Positions 8,877 through 18,895 of a stretch of 64,000 nt of DNA are shown in pieces (position 1 is the stretch's first letter; the number at the start of each line of letters is the position of its first letter). The notes beneath the pieces are model-generated. The model saw only the letters and a program-made list of their open reading frames with translations, ran no database searches and was not told where the DNA came from. The DNA is from an uncultured bacterium. Lineage in GTDB: Bacteria; Armatimonadota; Abditibacteriia; Abditibacteriales; Abditibacteriaceae. The position numbers and the translations under genes were made by a program. The stretch is from contig CAWJLW010000010.1 in assembly GCA_963843795.1 (NCBI GenBank), positions 1-64,000 of the forward strand, given 5' to 3'.

Positions 8877-11732
8877 TTAGGGATAGCGCACCAAATAATA
8901 GGGTGTTTTGTCGCGGGCGCCGTCGATGTCAATAACGCCGTTGTGAACCTCGATTTGAGTGGTTGTCAGCTTGCCATCGTGGTCGAGGGCGAAAACTTGC
9001 GGTGTTCCCGTTCGGCGCAGTGTAAGACGCGCTTTAACCGGCTCCATCAGGATGGGGCCTTCACCACGTGCAAGCATCTCTGCGCCGTCGGGTGAAAATT
9101 TCTGGCCCGTGTTGCGCGCTCGCGCCAGCGCGACGATGAGCAGGTCTTTGGCGGTTGACAGCGTGCCCTGCGGTTCGCGCACCGTGAGATAAATCGCGCC
9201 GTAGCGGCTTTGCGGTTCGATGGTGACTTCGCCCAGAGCCAGTTTTTGATTCTGCGCAAAGCCGATTACCGCTTTTGTAGCGGGCGTGTTCATGGTGAAA
9301 AAGCCGCCGGTTGATGTGGTGGGGCTTTCCGTCCACGAAAGTTGCTTGGTGGCAGAGACCAGGGCGCCATTTTGTTCGTAGGGTGCCAGTGAAAAAACTG
9401 GCGTCGCTTCTTTTTTGGAGGTAAAATCCACGACACTGCGTACAACAGCTAAAGCACGGGCGGGCACTTTGGAGGAATCGAGTTCCTTGACATCGTAGCC
9501 TTGCACGACTTTGTCCTCGAAGCCGATTTCACCATCAAAAAGTGAGGGGAAATGGACATTGCGTTTGGCAACGACTGGCGATTCCTGCACGTCACCGCGC
9601 AAAATCTGACGCGCTACAGCTGGAAAAATGCCCAGCAGTTGCGGCGCGGTCACGTCCCACTCCGCACGGCCCAGACGGTTGGAAAAGGTGCCATCGTCGC
9701 CGTTCTGGAACAGATACGACGCGTCCCAACCCTGCAACCCCATGCCATAAGCGCCTAGAATCGCGGGGCCTTCCAAACCGTATTCGTTGGGGAAGGTGTG
9801 AATCCATTCCGACAGCATGAAAGGCCGGTCGGCGACTTGCTGCATTCCTGTCGAGAGCAACCCCGAGCCAGCACGAGAAATCATGGTAGCGTTGGCCGTG
9901 CCGCCGAAATAATTGTGACGGTCAATGGTGCCAATTTGCGCATCGGAATGCAGATTGGCGAAGTGACTGAAGCCGCGTCCCGCCTGCCAGTTGGAACTGG
10001 TCAGTTCGCCTTCATAACCGGCGTCGCGCATCGCTTTGCTGTAGCGGGCGTAGAACTCGTCCTGCAGCATCGTCAGAAATTGCAGTGTATCGAGCAAGCG
10101 CTGGCGACGCGGCTTTTGTGAGCCATTGAGTTGGTCGGGATCCCACAACCACGGATTGCCCAGCGGCAAAACGCTGTTGTTGGCCAGGCTTTCCCCACCC
10201 TCGACTGCCAGTTCTCCGGCCAGGGTGTTCATGCCGCCTTCGCCCCATGCGGCATCGAGCCCCTTTTGGTCTTTGTATTTGGCGCGCAGCCAATCACTGA
10301 AACGCTGGCCGACTTGTCGGCGCAACGTTGCACTTTTCTTGAGCGGATCCATCGAACTATAGAACAGAATGCTTTGCTCGTTGATGATTTCGATGAACGA
10401 AATGGCGGGATCCTGCGCGTAAGTCAATTTCGTATAGGGATTGCGGTGTTCCAGCAGATTTACGACCTGCGCAATTTGAACGGCTTGCAGTTCGGGCGAG
10501 TAATGGATTGCGCTATGCGGTGTTTCGATGCGCTCATCCTTGAACGCGCCAAACTCTTCGATCCAAGGCACCTGTGCTTTGTCTTTGGCGCCCAGCTTGA
10601 GCGAGCCGAAAGTCGCCGATAATTTGACAAAAATTCCCGCTTCTTTGAGCTTGGCAACTTGATAATCGAAGCGATCCAGCGCGGCGGCATCGAATTCAAC
10701 CGCGCTGTCGGGTCCCTGAATTCCGGCCCAGCCTGAACCATCAGCCCATTTGTGCAAACGCACCGCGTTGATGCCGTATTTGCGATAAAAATTGGCGCGC
10801 TTTTCAGCCAGTAGTTTTTCGGGAGCCGTCGCGCCGTAGCTCAAGTTGAGCCCCCACAATTTAATCGGCTTCTCGTTGTAAATCAATTGAGAGCCACGCC
10901 GCGAGATACGCCCGAATTGGCCGGCTGCGTTGTTATTCCAACTCTCCATGCCCAGTGCGCTCGCGGTAGTGTCGCCGGTCGCGCTCCAGGGATACCATGT
11001 ATTGAGGCCCGCTTCGTCGGGGATTTCACTCACGCCACCATACCACTGCACGGTCTCAGGCAACTCGACTTCAATGGCAACCGAACGCTCCTGTCCCGCT
11101 TTCAATTCTTTTTCGGCCAGAACGATGCGCGCTCCGCCGTCCGCTTGAATATTGATAGGCGGATCGAATTTCATGGTTGTGACTCGTTTAGTGGCATCAA
11201 GCATCCTGACGCTTTGCACCTTTTCGCCCAGGCTTTCGCGTCCAAAGGGCACTTTGACTGTTCTGGCGCCGGCAGCAGTTGTGGCTTGCGCCTCGCTGCC
11301 ATTAAAAGCTTCGCCTGGATTAAAGCCCACCGCGATCATGGTGAGTGGCGAATCGGTTTCGACATGGGCCGAATAGGTGATCTTCAGGGTGCGCGGGCCA
11401 GTTTTCTCAGCCCGAAAGGCGATTGCGACAGGCGCTTGCGTGCCGCCCAGCTTTCCCTTCATTTCGCCGGTCGCAACGCCGTCTCTCGCTATTGTTTGGC
11501 CTTCGAGTCCCGTCCAAGCCCAACCCGGGCCCCAGAGCATCCAGCCAAACCGCAAATACTCCTTTCCTTCGCGCGATAGCACGACCTCGGCCTGATTGTT
11601 GGCGTAAGCCGTGATTGGCGCGGCTGTTCTAGATGCAGAGCCTGTCGGTTTTTTGTCCTGTGCCTGCACGCAGCCTGTAGACCAACCGCAAGCCATCAAA
11701 GCAACGCCCATTACAACCTTTTTCCAAAACAT
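8877..11732 (-). CDS. Large secreted clan GH-A-like (GH5-related) glycoside hydrolase, family unassigned
   Basis: Start MFWKK after an AAGGAG RBS; signal peptide; IKLWGLN, GINAVRLH, HRNPYT..YAQDPAI..EIINE (acid/base NE), IDRHNYF, PFMLSEW (nucleophile). Confidence 0.75.
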   Translation of the reverse strand: MFWKKVVMGVALMACGWSTGCVQAQDKKPTGSASRTAAPITAYANNQAEVVLSREGKEYLRFGWMLWGPGWAWTGLEGQTIARDGVATGEMKGKLGGTQAPVAIAFRAEKTGPRTLKITYSAHVETDSPLTMIAVGFNPGEAFNGSEAQATTAAGARTVKVPFGRESLGEKVQSVRMLDATKRVTTMKFDPPINIQADGGARIVLAEKELKAGQERSVAIEVELPETVQWYGGVSEIPDEAGLNTWYPWSATGDTTASALGMESWNNNAAGQFGRISRRGSQLIYNEKPIKLWGLNLSYGATAPEKLLAEKRANFYRKYGINAVRLHKWADGSGWAGIQGPDSAVEFDAAALDRFDYQVAKLKEAGIFVKLSATFGSLKLGAKDKAQVPWIEEFGAFKDERIETPHSAIHYSPELQAVQIAQVVNLLEHRNPYTKLTYAQDPAISFIEIINEQSILFYSSMDPLKKSATLRRQVGQRFSDWLRAKYKDQKGLDAAWGEGGMNTLAGELAVEGGESLANNSVLPLGNPWLWDPDQLNGSQKPRRQRLLDTLQFLTMLQDEFYARYSKAMRDAGYEGELTSSNWQAGRGFSHFANLHSDAQIGTIDRHNYFGGTANATMISRAGSGLLSTGMQQVADRPFMLSEWIHTFPNEYGLEGPAILGAYGMGLQGWDASYLFQNGDDGTFSNRLGRAEWDVTAPQLLGIFPAVARQILRGDVQESPVVAKRNVHFPSLFDGEIGFEDKVVQGYDVKELDSSKVPARALAVVRSVVDFTSKKEATPVFSLAPYEQNGALVSATKQLSWTESPTTSTGGFFTMNTPATKAVIGFAQNQKLALGEVTIEPQSRYGAIYLTVREPQGTLSTAKDLLIVALARARNTGQKFSPDGAEMLARGEGPILMEPVKARLTLRRTGTPQVFALDHDGKLTTTQIEVHNGVIDIDGARDKTPYYLVRYP

Positions 11733-11799
11733 GAAAATCTCCTTTCCTGCATCCGGTTTCCAAAGCATCATTGCACGTCTTGCAGCGACCAGGAAACTC

Positions 11800-13854
11800 T
11801 TATCGGGTTACTCCAATCAGGCGCGTTGGGTTGCCTTTCATGCTGTTGAAGATGTCGAGTTCCATAGCCTTATGATCGATTTCGCGCAGCACGCGAACCG
11901 TAGTCGGTGTGGCGCTTTTCGTCCAGCGATAACCATTTTCCGGCCCGGCAACGGTGATAAATTCGCTTTCTTTGACCCAACTCAAGCCCAACGTTTCGCT
12001 GATAATCACCGAAAGGCACGCCGGGTCGAACAAAGGTTTATTGCCCTCTGGTACGATGGATTTGAGATAACGACCCAGTGGGTTATCGGCGTAAAGATAG
12101 TCTTCGGTGTTTTTGTTGATGGCGACGCGCGCGCCAACGGGCGCATTCACAATTTGCGTGTCGGTGCCGCTGCGCGCCATCACAAAAGCCGACCACGGAT
12201 CGTTATCGCCGTTGAACTCCTGGGCCAGCGCGTCCTGTGAACCGCCCATCCAAACGATGCGCATCCGTCCTTGCAGCGGCACGCCTTCATGACGTGCCTG
12301 CAAAAGTGCCGAAGCGATGTTGGTAGCCGGGCCGACCGGCACAATCCACACCGGATTACCGGGCGCCGCACCACGCACAGCCGCTAAAATTGCTTCGCTG
12401 GCCGGTGTGATGATAGGTTTGGTATCGCTCCACACTCCGCTTTGAGGAATGGAAAGTCGCACATCGGCACCGCGAAAAATGGGCGGAAAGCGATGTTCGG
12501 GCAGTCCGCTTTCGCGGGCCAGTCGAAAGACGTTTTGGATTTCGCCGAAATTGATCGCTTCCTGTCCGCCTCCGTTGTGAATGCTGTTGACTGCGAGCAA
12601 ATCCAATTCGCTCCATAATGCGTAGCCGAGATAGTGCTGGTCGTCTTGCTCGTTCTTGGCGTCGGTGTCGAGCACAATTTGCGGCAGTCGCAACGTTTGG
12701 GCGGTGTGAGCACGCACGATGGCCAGACAATCGTCTTGATACCGCCCATCAGTTGCGGTCAATCGCACCTGATAAACGCCCGGTTTGGCGAAACGATGCT
12801 TGACCTGCTTGCCGCTGCTTGTGGTGCCATCGCCAAAGTTCCAGGTGAAACGACGCGGTTTGCCTGCCATCGTCTTGGCGCTGAAAGTGAAATCCTGCGC
12901 CGCCATGACGGCGGTTTTCAACGGTTCCATATCCACTTGCAGCGGTGCAAGTACTTGCAGAGTTTCGCGGATGGTGGAAGTTTCTTTGCCATCGGAAACC
13001 GTCAGCGACACGACGTGTTCGCCGACCGTATCAAATCGGCGCTGAACCGTTTGCCCGATGGCCTGCGTGCCGTCAGCAAAACTCCACTTCCAAGATCGCA
13101 GGTTGCCGGAAAGAGTTTGCGCGCTCAGTTGAACCCTTTGTCCCGCGCGTAACAGCTGAGTTGGCGGGGCGATGCGCGCCGAAAACGGCGGCACTTTGGC
13201 AACGAGCCACGATTTTCCGGCTTCGCCGCGAAAGTGAACGCTTTGGATGGGCGTTTGCCCGTCTTTGCTGAAGATGCTCACGCGCAAAGCATCGAAGCGC
13301 AACGGAACGATCGCGGCTCCGCCCCACTGATAAAACCCCTGATGGTACCAACCGCCCACACCGCGCGCGTGGGTTTTCCACGTGCCTCCATTGCGTAATT
13401 CTATTTTCCATGCCGTGTTGGGCTGCGGCTGGTTCGGATACGCGCCACTTAAAGCGATGAAGTTCGCTTCAACCGCTTGGGGCCACTCGGCCATCCAGAA
13501 AGCGGCTTTGTCTTCCGGCACAATTCCCAACCCTTCACCAAACCCGACACCGTATTCATGCCACTCGGAAGGTGAGGTAAAACCACCTTTTTGCACATCG
13601 AAAATCACGTGTTCGGGACGACCCCGTTCGCCTTTTTGAAAGCTGCTCAGGTTGCTGGAGATGCGGGCGTCCAGAAGAAAGTTGTGTGTGGAAGCCGGAA
13701 TTGCCACGGAGGAAACCGATGTGGCTGCTGCCGCACGCGCCGAGGGCGCGACAACAGTGGCGGCCACTGAGGGTAATAGCAGAGTGGAAAACAAAGACAA
13801 TTTTCGCGCGTTGCGCCGCATTCGTGTTGAATATTTCTTGGAGAGAATTCGCAT
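11800..13854 (-). CDS. Secreted protein: N-terminal beta-rich domain, two PKD domains and a C-terminal inosine-uridine nucleoside hydrolase-like domain
   Basis: PKD motifs WKWSFADGT..HVVSLTVSDG and FTWNFGDGT..PGVYQVRLTATDG; nucleoside hydrolase motifs IVLDTDAKNEQDDQ, VGPATNIASAL, IVWMGG, EFN..NDP. Confidence 0.8.
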   Translation of the reverse strand: MRILSKKYSTRMRRNARKLSLFSTLLLPSVAATVVAPSARAAAATSVSSVAIPASTHNFLLDARISSNLSSFQKGERGRPEHVIFDVQKGGFTSPSEWHEYGVGFGEGLGIVPEDKAAFWMAEWPQAVEANFIALSGAYPNQPQPNTAWKIELRNGGTWKTHARGVGGWYHQGFYQWGGAAIVPLRFDALRVSIFSKDGQTPIQSVHFRGEAGKSWLVAKVPPFSARIAPPTQLLRAGQRVQLSAQTLSGNLRSWKWSFADGTQAIGQTVQRRFDTVGEHVVSLTVSDGKETSTIRETLQVLAPLQVDMEPLKTAVMAAQDFTFSAKTMAGKPRRFTWNFGDGTTSSGKQVKHRFAKPGVYQVRLTATDGRYQDDCLAIVRAHTAQTLRLPQIVLDTDAKNEQDDQHYLGYALWSELDLLAVNSIHNGGGQEAINFGEIQNVFRLARESGLPEHRFPPIFRGADVRLSIPQSGVWSDTKPIITPASEAILAAVRGAAPGNPVWIVPVGPATNIASALLQARHEGVPLQGRMRIVWMGGSQDALAQEFNGDNDPWSAFVMARSGTDTQIVNAPVGARVAINKNTEDYLYADNPLGRYLKSIVPEGNKPLFDPACLSVIISETLGLSWVKESEFITVAGPENGYRWTKSATPTTVRVLREIDHKAMELDIFNSMKGNPTRLIGVTR

Positions 13855-13926
13855 AGCGTTCTATTATATGGTTGATTCCACTCAATAAATCACGCATTGT
13901 CATGCATTATCGAAACAAAAATCGGT

Positions 13927-15207
13927 TCAAGCGCAGACAGTTGTTGTAGCGAATGCAGCTTCGTGTTCGTACCAATCGAAATTCTCGATTTCCTGTTCCG
14001 GGGCCACGCAGCGTACAACGAACTGCGGTGCTAATTTCCAGTCGCGTCCACTTTCGTGTTCCAACCGCATCATTGTTTGCATATCGGGGCCGTCCCATAA
14101 CAGTTCACCATCGAAAAAAGCCAGATAACGCTCGTGGAAGCGTGCGGCCCATTCGTCTTGGCGTTCCCGATAGGCCGCAACGCAGGCCGCGCCGCGTTGG
14201 AGTTGTTCGCCACGCCGCGTTTGGCCGGCGTAACCTTGAACTTCAAACGCGGTCTGTACCGCATCTGTGGTCTCGCCCAACACGCGAATGTCTTCTTTGC
14301 GGTTTGGCCCCAGACCGGCTGCGGCGGCCAGATCAATGACATTACGACGATAAAGAAACGGATTGGAAGGGAAGTCGCCGCACGGATCGAAGCCCATCAC
14401 ACGCGCGCCAACGCTATCGGTAGCGACGATGTTGGTGCCCGCCAACACCACGCCCGGCGTCAAAACTTCCCCGTCCCATTCGCGTTTGTTGAGCGCGGCG
14501 GTGCCATCAATCACATTCAAACCGGGGCGCATCCATTGCGCCATATCGCTCAACACGCGCGGCAAACGAATTAAACGGTCGTGCAGGTACATCCTCGGCG
14601 CGCCATAGATTTCAGTGGGCATCCAACCGAAAAGATTTTTAATGCACAGCGTGCAACCCATGCTGGCATGAGCTTTCATTTTGGCGACCGAAACTACGAC
14701 ATCCGCTGCGGCCACTTCGCGTGGTAGCCAGTAACGTTGGAACATGGCTCCTGAATGCTTCATCTGCACTTCGACCACTTCGCTGGCATTGAAGTCCACC
14801 AACCTCACGCCCGCGTAAGGTGCCAAACGTTCTGGTAAGCCCAGTTTTTGGTACAAGCCAGCGGCATCGCCATCGGTAGGAGCATCGCCAATGAGAATTT
14901 CGGCATCGGTAATCCGACGCAGGGCGCGCACCGTGCCCTCGATAACTGCCGGATCGGTGAGTTCTGTTTGCTTGCCGTGCATCAGTACGGTGCGATGAAT
15001 TCCGGCGTTAATCTTCATCGCGATGCTGCGCGCCAAAATCAATGGCTCACCCAAATTGCCCAGCTCTAAAATGGCGGCTTCGGTTTGCTCGACTAATTCG
15101 CGGTCGGACACCTGCGCCGCGCAACGGCGCAAACTGACAATGGGTTTGAACGGTGTATGGGAGGCAGTAGAAGCAATGGTATTCGGGTGAAAAGTAGCGT
15201 CGGTCAT
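13927..15207 (-). CDS. DUF362 domain protein
   Basis: MKIN, TDPAVIEG, ILIGDAP, ADVVVSVAKMKAH..TLCIKNLFG, VIDG, TNIVATD..ARVMGFDP. Confidence 0.85.
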   Translation of the reverse strand: MTDATFHPNTIASTASHTPFKPIVSLRRCAAQVSDRELVEQTEAAILELGNLGEPLILARSIAMKINAGIHRTVLMHGKQTELTDPAVIEGTVRALRRITDAEILIGDAPTDGDAAGLYQKLGLPERLAPYAGVRLVDFNASEVVEVQMKHSGAMFQRYWLPREVAAADVVVSVAKMKAHASMGCTLCIKNLFGWMPTEIYGAPRMYLHDRLIRLPRVLSDMAQWMRPGLNVIDGTAALNKREWDGEVLTPGVVLAGTNIVATDSVGARVMGFDPCGDFPSNPFLYRRNVIDLAAAAGLGPNRKEDIRVLGETTDAVQTAFEVQGYAGQTRRGEQLQRGAACVAAYRERQDEWAARFHERYLAFFDGELLWDGPDMQTMMRLEHESGRDWKLAPQFVVRCVAPEQEIENFDWYEHEAAFATTTVCA

Positions 15208-15385
15208 GAAAAGTGTTTAGGGGTAAATAAAAAGTCTTGGCGCGATGACAAATTCAACAACCTTAGTATCTAATAGTTGTCAATCGAACACGTTCCAAAT
15301 CTAAGGTTATGGGTTCGCGGACATCTGCAAGTACTTGCACTCGCTTGCACGTGTCGCAACAGGAACGCCTTAAAGGGAATCCTTT

Positions 15386-16237
15386 ATGAAGAAGTTCGCA
15401 TTTATCGCAGGAGTGTCTCTTATGGCCGCTTCGTCTCATCTCGCACAAGCACAAGTCGCGCCCGCACCACAATGGGAATTGAAATGGTCGGACGAATTTG
15501 AAACGGAAGGTTTGCCCGATGCCGCCAAGTGGAACTACGAGGAAGGTTTGGTACGTAACGAAGAACCGCAGTTTTACACGGTGGGGCGCAAGGAAAATGC
15601 GCGCGTCGAACGTGGCAATTTAGTAATCGAAGGCCGCAGGGAAGAATTTCCCAACCCGAATTATCGCGCCGGTTCGGACAATTGGAAAGAAAAAAATCCG
15701 TTCGCTCCCTACACTTCGGCCAGTTTGACCACGCAGGGCAAAGCGAGCTGGCAATTCGGACGCATCGAGGTGCACGCCAAACTGCCGCAGGGCAAGGGAA
15801 TGTGGCCCGCCATCTGGACTTTGGGCGACGACATCGGGAAAGTTGGCTGGCCCAAATGCGGCGAAATCGACATCATGGAATTTGTGGGCAAAGAGCCCGA
15901 CAAAATTCACGGCACCACCCATTTTTCGGTCGATGACGAGCATCGTTCCAAAGGAAAAGCGTTAACGGTCGATAAGCCGTTCGACGCATTTCATGTTTAC
16001 GCCGTCGAATGGTTTCCCGACCGCATTGATTTCTTTTTCGATGGAAACAAATTTCATTCGTTCGCTTTGGATGAATCCGGAGTTGGAGCGGACAACGGAT
16101 TTCGCAAACCGCATTATCTGCTGCTCAATTTAGCCATCGGCGGCGCGTGGGGCGGCGAAATCGACGACACCGTTTTGCCGCAAAAATACCTGATTGACTA
16201 CGTGCGCGTTTATCAGGCTAAAGGCGTAGTCGGGTAA
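15386..16237 (+). CDS. Secreted GH16 laminarinase/beta-glucanase
   Basis: WSDEFE, YTSASL, GMWPAIW, catalytic GEIDIME, FHVYAVEW, LLLNLAIGG, IDYVRVYQ. Confidence 0.93.
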   Translation: MKKFAFIAGVSLMAASSHLAQAQVAPAPQWELKWSDEFETEGLPDAAKWNYEEGLVRNEEPQFYTVGRKENARVERGNLVIEGRREEFPNPNYRAGSDNWKEKNPFAPYTSASLTTQGKASWQFGRIEVHAKLPQGKGMWPAIWTLGDDIGKVGWPKCGEIDIMEFVGKEPDKIHGTTHFSVDDEHRSKGKALTVDKPFDAFHVYAVEWFPDRIDFFFDGNKFHSFALDESGVGADNGFRKPHYLLLNLAIGGAWGGEIDDTVLPQKYLIDYVRVYQAKGVVG

Positions 16238-16257
16238 ATTATTTCTTTGAACGCAAC

Positions 16258-16299
16258 AACAAAAGCGCCTCTGCAAGTACTTGCAGAGGCGCTTTTGTT
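16258..16299. terminator. 42-bp perfect palindrome centred on GCAAGTACTTGC; probable bidirectional terminator between convergent genes
   Basis: AACAAAAGCGCCTCTGCAAGTACTTGCAGAGGCGCTTTTGTT. Confidence 0.85.
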
Positions 16300-16319
16300 T
16301 TATGGAGCGGCTTTAGGCA

Positions 16320-17207
16320 TCATCCGGCATTCTTGCGCAGAAAAGCCAACGTGCGTGCCCAGGCATCCTTGGCGGCTTCCGCGTTGTAACGTTCGCCGGT
16401 GTCGTTGAAAAAAGCGTGGCCTGCGCCAGCGTAAATTTGATAGGTGAAACTTTTACCGGCTTCTTTCATCGCCTGCTCGGTTTCGGGAACACGCGAAGTG
16501 ATGCGCTCATCGGTTTCGCCATACAAACCCAAAACCGGACATTTCACTTCCTTAATCTGCTCCAGCGATGGCGAACTGCCATAGAACACCACGCTGGCTT
16601 TGAGCAAATCGCTTTTTGTGGCCAAGGTGAACGAACGTGCGCCGCCCCAGCAAAAGCCGACACTGGAAAGTTGTCCTTTTTTTACCTTCGCCAGCGTGTT
16701 CAGGTAATTGAGACCAGCCACCAAATCGGCCATGGCTTCTTCAGGCGAGAGCGAAGAAATGGCAGCGCGCGCTTCATCGGGCGTCTTCATTTGCGCGGTG
16801 CCGCCTTTGCGCGAAAGCGCGTCAGGAGCCAGAGCCACGAAACCTTCAACGGCAAAGCGGCGCGCGACATCGCGTGTGTGCTCGTTCAAACCGCGATTCT
16901 CGTGGATAACCACGACAGCGGGAAACGGCCCTTCGCCTTTGGGGACGCTGAGATAGCCGGTGACTTGCGTCCCATTTTCGCTTGGATACTGGATAGTCGA
17001 AGAACTCACTTCGGCTTTTTGCGATTCGACTTCGGAAACCAAATCTGCCGCCAAACCGCTCGATTCCAACATCAAATGCGCCGCAGCCATACCTCCGCTG
17101 AGACCAATTAACTGCGCCAGCAAATCGCGCCGGCTCAGTGTGCGGGCGCGGTATGCGTCCACAATGGCTTCTATTGACGGCTTGTTTTCTACGTTTGTCT
17201 CGTTCAT
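16320..17207 (-). CDS. Dienelactone hydrolase family protein (YghX-like)
   Basis: AVVVIHENRGLN, ALAPDAL, VGFCWGG nucleophile elbow, YAGAGHAFFNDT; SRRDLL Tat-like N-terminus. Confidence 0.92.
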   Translation of the reverse strand: MNETNVENKPSIEAIVDAYRARTLSRRDLLAQLIGLSGGMAAAHLMLESSGLAADLVSEVESQKAEVSSSTIQYPSENGTQVTGYLSVPKGEGPFPAVVVIHENRGLNEHTRDVARRFAVEGFVALAPDALSRKGGTAQMKTPDEARAAISSLSPEEAMADLVAGLNYLNTLAKVKKGQLSSVGFCWGGARSFTLATKSDLLKASVVFYGSSPSLEQIKEVKCPVLGLYGETDERITSRVPETEQAMKEAGKSFTYQIYAGAGHAFFNDTGERYNAEAAKDAWARTLAFLRKNAG

Positions 17208-17272
17208 AGCAATCCTTCTTCAAACGTCAATTTTCGCTGCATCGCTGTGGTGCAAGTGCTTGCAGCGCAGGT

Positions 17273-18376
17273 TCAATACTTCACCACATAACGATAGCCG
17301 GAATCTTCTTTCATCTTCGCGAACGCATCATTGATTTGTTCCAGTTCAATCGTATCGGTCAGCAGTTCATCGACCAGAATATCGCCGCTCATGTAACGAT
17401 CAATCAAGCCCGGTAACTGCGAGCGGCCTTTGACGCCACCCAGAGCGGTACCCAAAAGTGTGCGACCGGCAATCAAAAGTCGCGGTGTGACATCGACAGT
17501 TTCGCCCGTCCGCGCGACGCCAATAAGGCAGCATTTGCCGCCGCCATAAATCGTGGCTTCGAGCGCCTGCTGCATCACTTTGGTGTTGCCGGTTGCTTCA
17601 AAACAATAATCCGCGCCGCCACCAGTGAGTTCTTTCACCATGTCAACGCTGTTACCGCCCGTTGGATTAATGGTATGTGTCGCGCCGAACTGCCGGGCTT
17701 TTTCCAAGCGCGCGTCGTTGAGATCGACGGCGATAATCTTTTCGGCTCCGGCTAAACGACAGCCTTGAATTGCATTCAAACCAATTGGGCCAACACCGAA
17801 AACCGCGCACGAAGAACCCGGTTTAACTTGCGCGTTATTCAAGGCCGCGCCGATGCCGGTCGAAACTGCACAGCCGAACAAACACGCGGCCTCAGGCGGA
17901 ACGTCGTCGCGCACTTTGGCAACCGAGGCTTCGTGGCAAACGGTGTAATTGGAAAACGTGCTGCACAGCATGAAATGATGCACGTCTTGGCCTTTATAAT
18001 GAAAACGCACGCTTCCATCGTTCATCGTGTTGCCGAAATACGCGTCGTCCAAACTCGAACACAAATTGGTATCGCCGCGCCCGCATTCGCGACAGTGCCC
18101 ACATTGGGGAATATACAGAGGAACGACGCGGTCGCCTTCTTTCAATGTCGTGACGCCCGCGCCGACTTTGTAAACCGTACCGCAGCCCTCGTGTCCCAAA
18201 ATCATCGGCGAACGCGTCGAAGTATCGCCACCGCTCATGTACCAAATTTCGGTATGGCACAAGCCGGTCGCGTCCAATTTAATCATTACTTCGCCGGCTT
18301 TGGGATCGTCGACTTCGATTTCATCAATAATTAAAGGTTGGTTTTTTCCGGTAAAAATCGCGGCTTTTGATTTCAT
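17273..18376 (-). CDS. Zinc-dependent alcohol dehydrogenase, class III-like
   Basis: Start MKSKAA; GLCHT, ILGHEG, structural Zn CGHCREC..NLC, GVGPIG, GGADYCFE. Confidence 0.92.
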   Translation of the reverse strand: MKSKAAIFTGKNQPLIIDEIEVDDPKAGEVMIKLDATGLCHTEIWYMSGGDTSTRSPMILGHEGCGTVYKVGAGVTTLKEGDRVVPLYIPQCGHCRECGRGDTNLCSSLDDAYFGNTMNDGSVRFHYKGQDVHHFMLCSTFSNYTVCHEASVAKVRDDVPPEAACLFGCAVSTGIGAALNNAQVKPGSSCAVFGVGPIGLNAIQGCRLAGAEKIIAVDLNDARLEKARQFGATHTINPTGGNSVDMVKELTGGGADYCFEATGNTKVMQQALEATIYGGGKCCLIGVARTGETVDVTPRLLIAGRTLLGTALGGVKGRSQLPGLIDRYMSGDILVDELLTDTIELEQINDAFAKMKEDSGYRYVVKY

Positions 18377-18438
18377 TTTTCTGGTTTTTCCTTTGTTTTT
18401 GCGCTGCAGGTACTTGCAGGCAGATTTTACAGCCGTAT

Positions 18439-18867
18439 TCAATCGCGTTTGGCTAATGTGCCCGCCAAATACAAACCGCTGACATAAAGCAAAACTTGCA
18501 TCCACACGCCCCAGCGTTCTTCCAGCGGCCAACTGGCGTGCTGCAAAGTTCCATTGTGGGTGGGAAACCATTTTTCGGGCATGGCTTTGAATCGGCGTGG
18601 GTCTTTTTTCAGTTCGGCAGGAATGTGCTCGAAATCGGGACAAACGCCGCCCACAGCGCCCCAGAACTGCGGCGATTTAACACCGTGCGTGTGCGCAATG
18701 AGAGCTAAAGTGGCGAAAACAATCGGCGTTTCCATCGGCCCCATATCGTGATGCGGGGTGACATCGCCGACGCCGTGCGACACGACGCCCGCAACGAAAG
18801 CCGCGGGCGCGTTGTTAACAACTTTACCAATTACCGCGCCAATCGCAGCGTGAACGCTTCCAGTCAT
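18439..18867 (-). CDS. Small hydrophobic protein with His/Asp motifs (membrane metal-dependent hydrolase-like)
   Basis: HAAIG, SHGVGDVTPHHD, CPDFEH; hydrophobic helices; co-oriented with neighbours. Confidence 0.6.
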   Translation of the reverse strand: MTGSVHAAIGAVIGKVVNNAPAAFVAGVVSHGVGDVTPHHDMGPMETPIVFATLALIAHTHGVKSPQFWGAVGGVCPDFEHIPAELKKDPRRFKAMPEKWFPTHNGTLQHASWPLEERWGVWMQVLLYVSGLYLAGTLAKRD

Positions 18868-18895
18868 AATGTCCTCAGACTATTGAATTTTTCTA

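Noticed and set aside
17273..18643. N-terminal extensions in the ORF track (ADH to 18643, beta-helix gene to 30997, Rrf2 from 31251, PhyH from 54601, kinase from 33148)
   Set aside because: The extensions overlap neighbouring genes or run through intergenic motif copies; downstream starts fit family N-termini and RBS positions.
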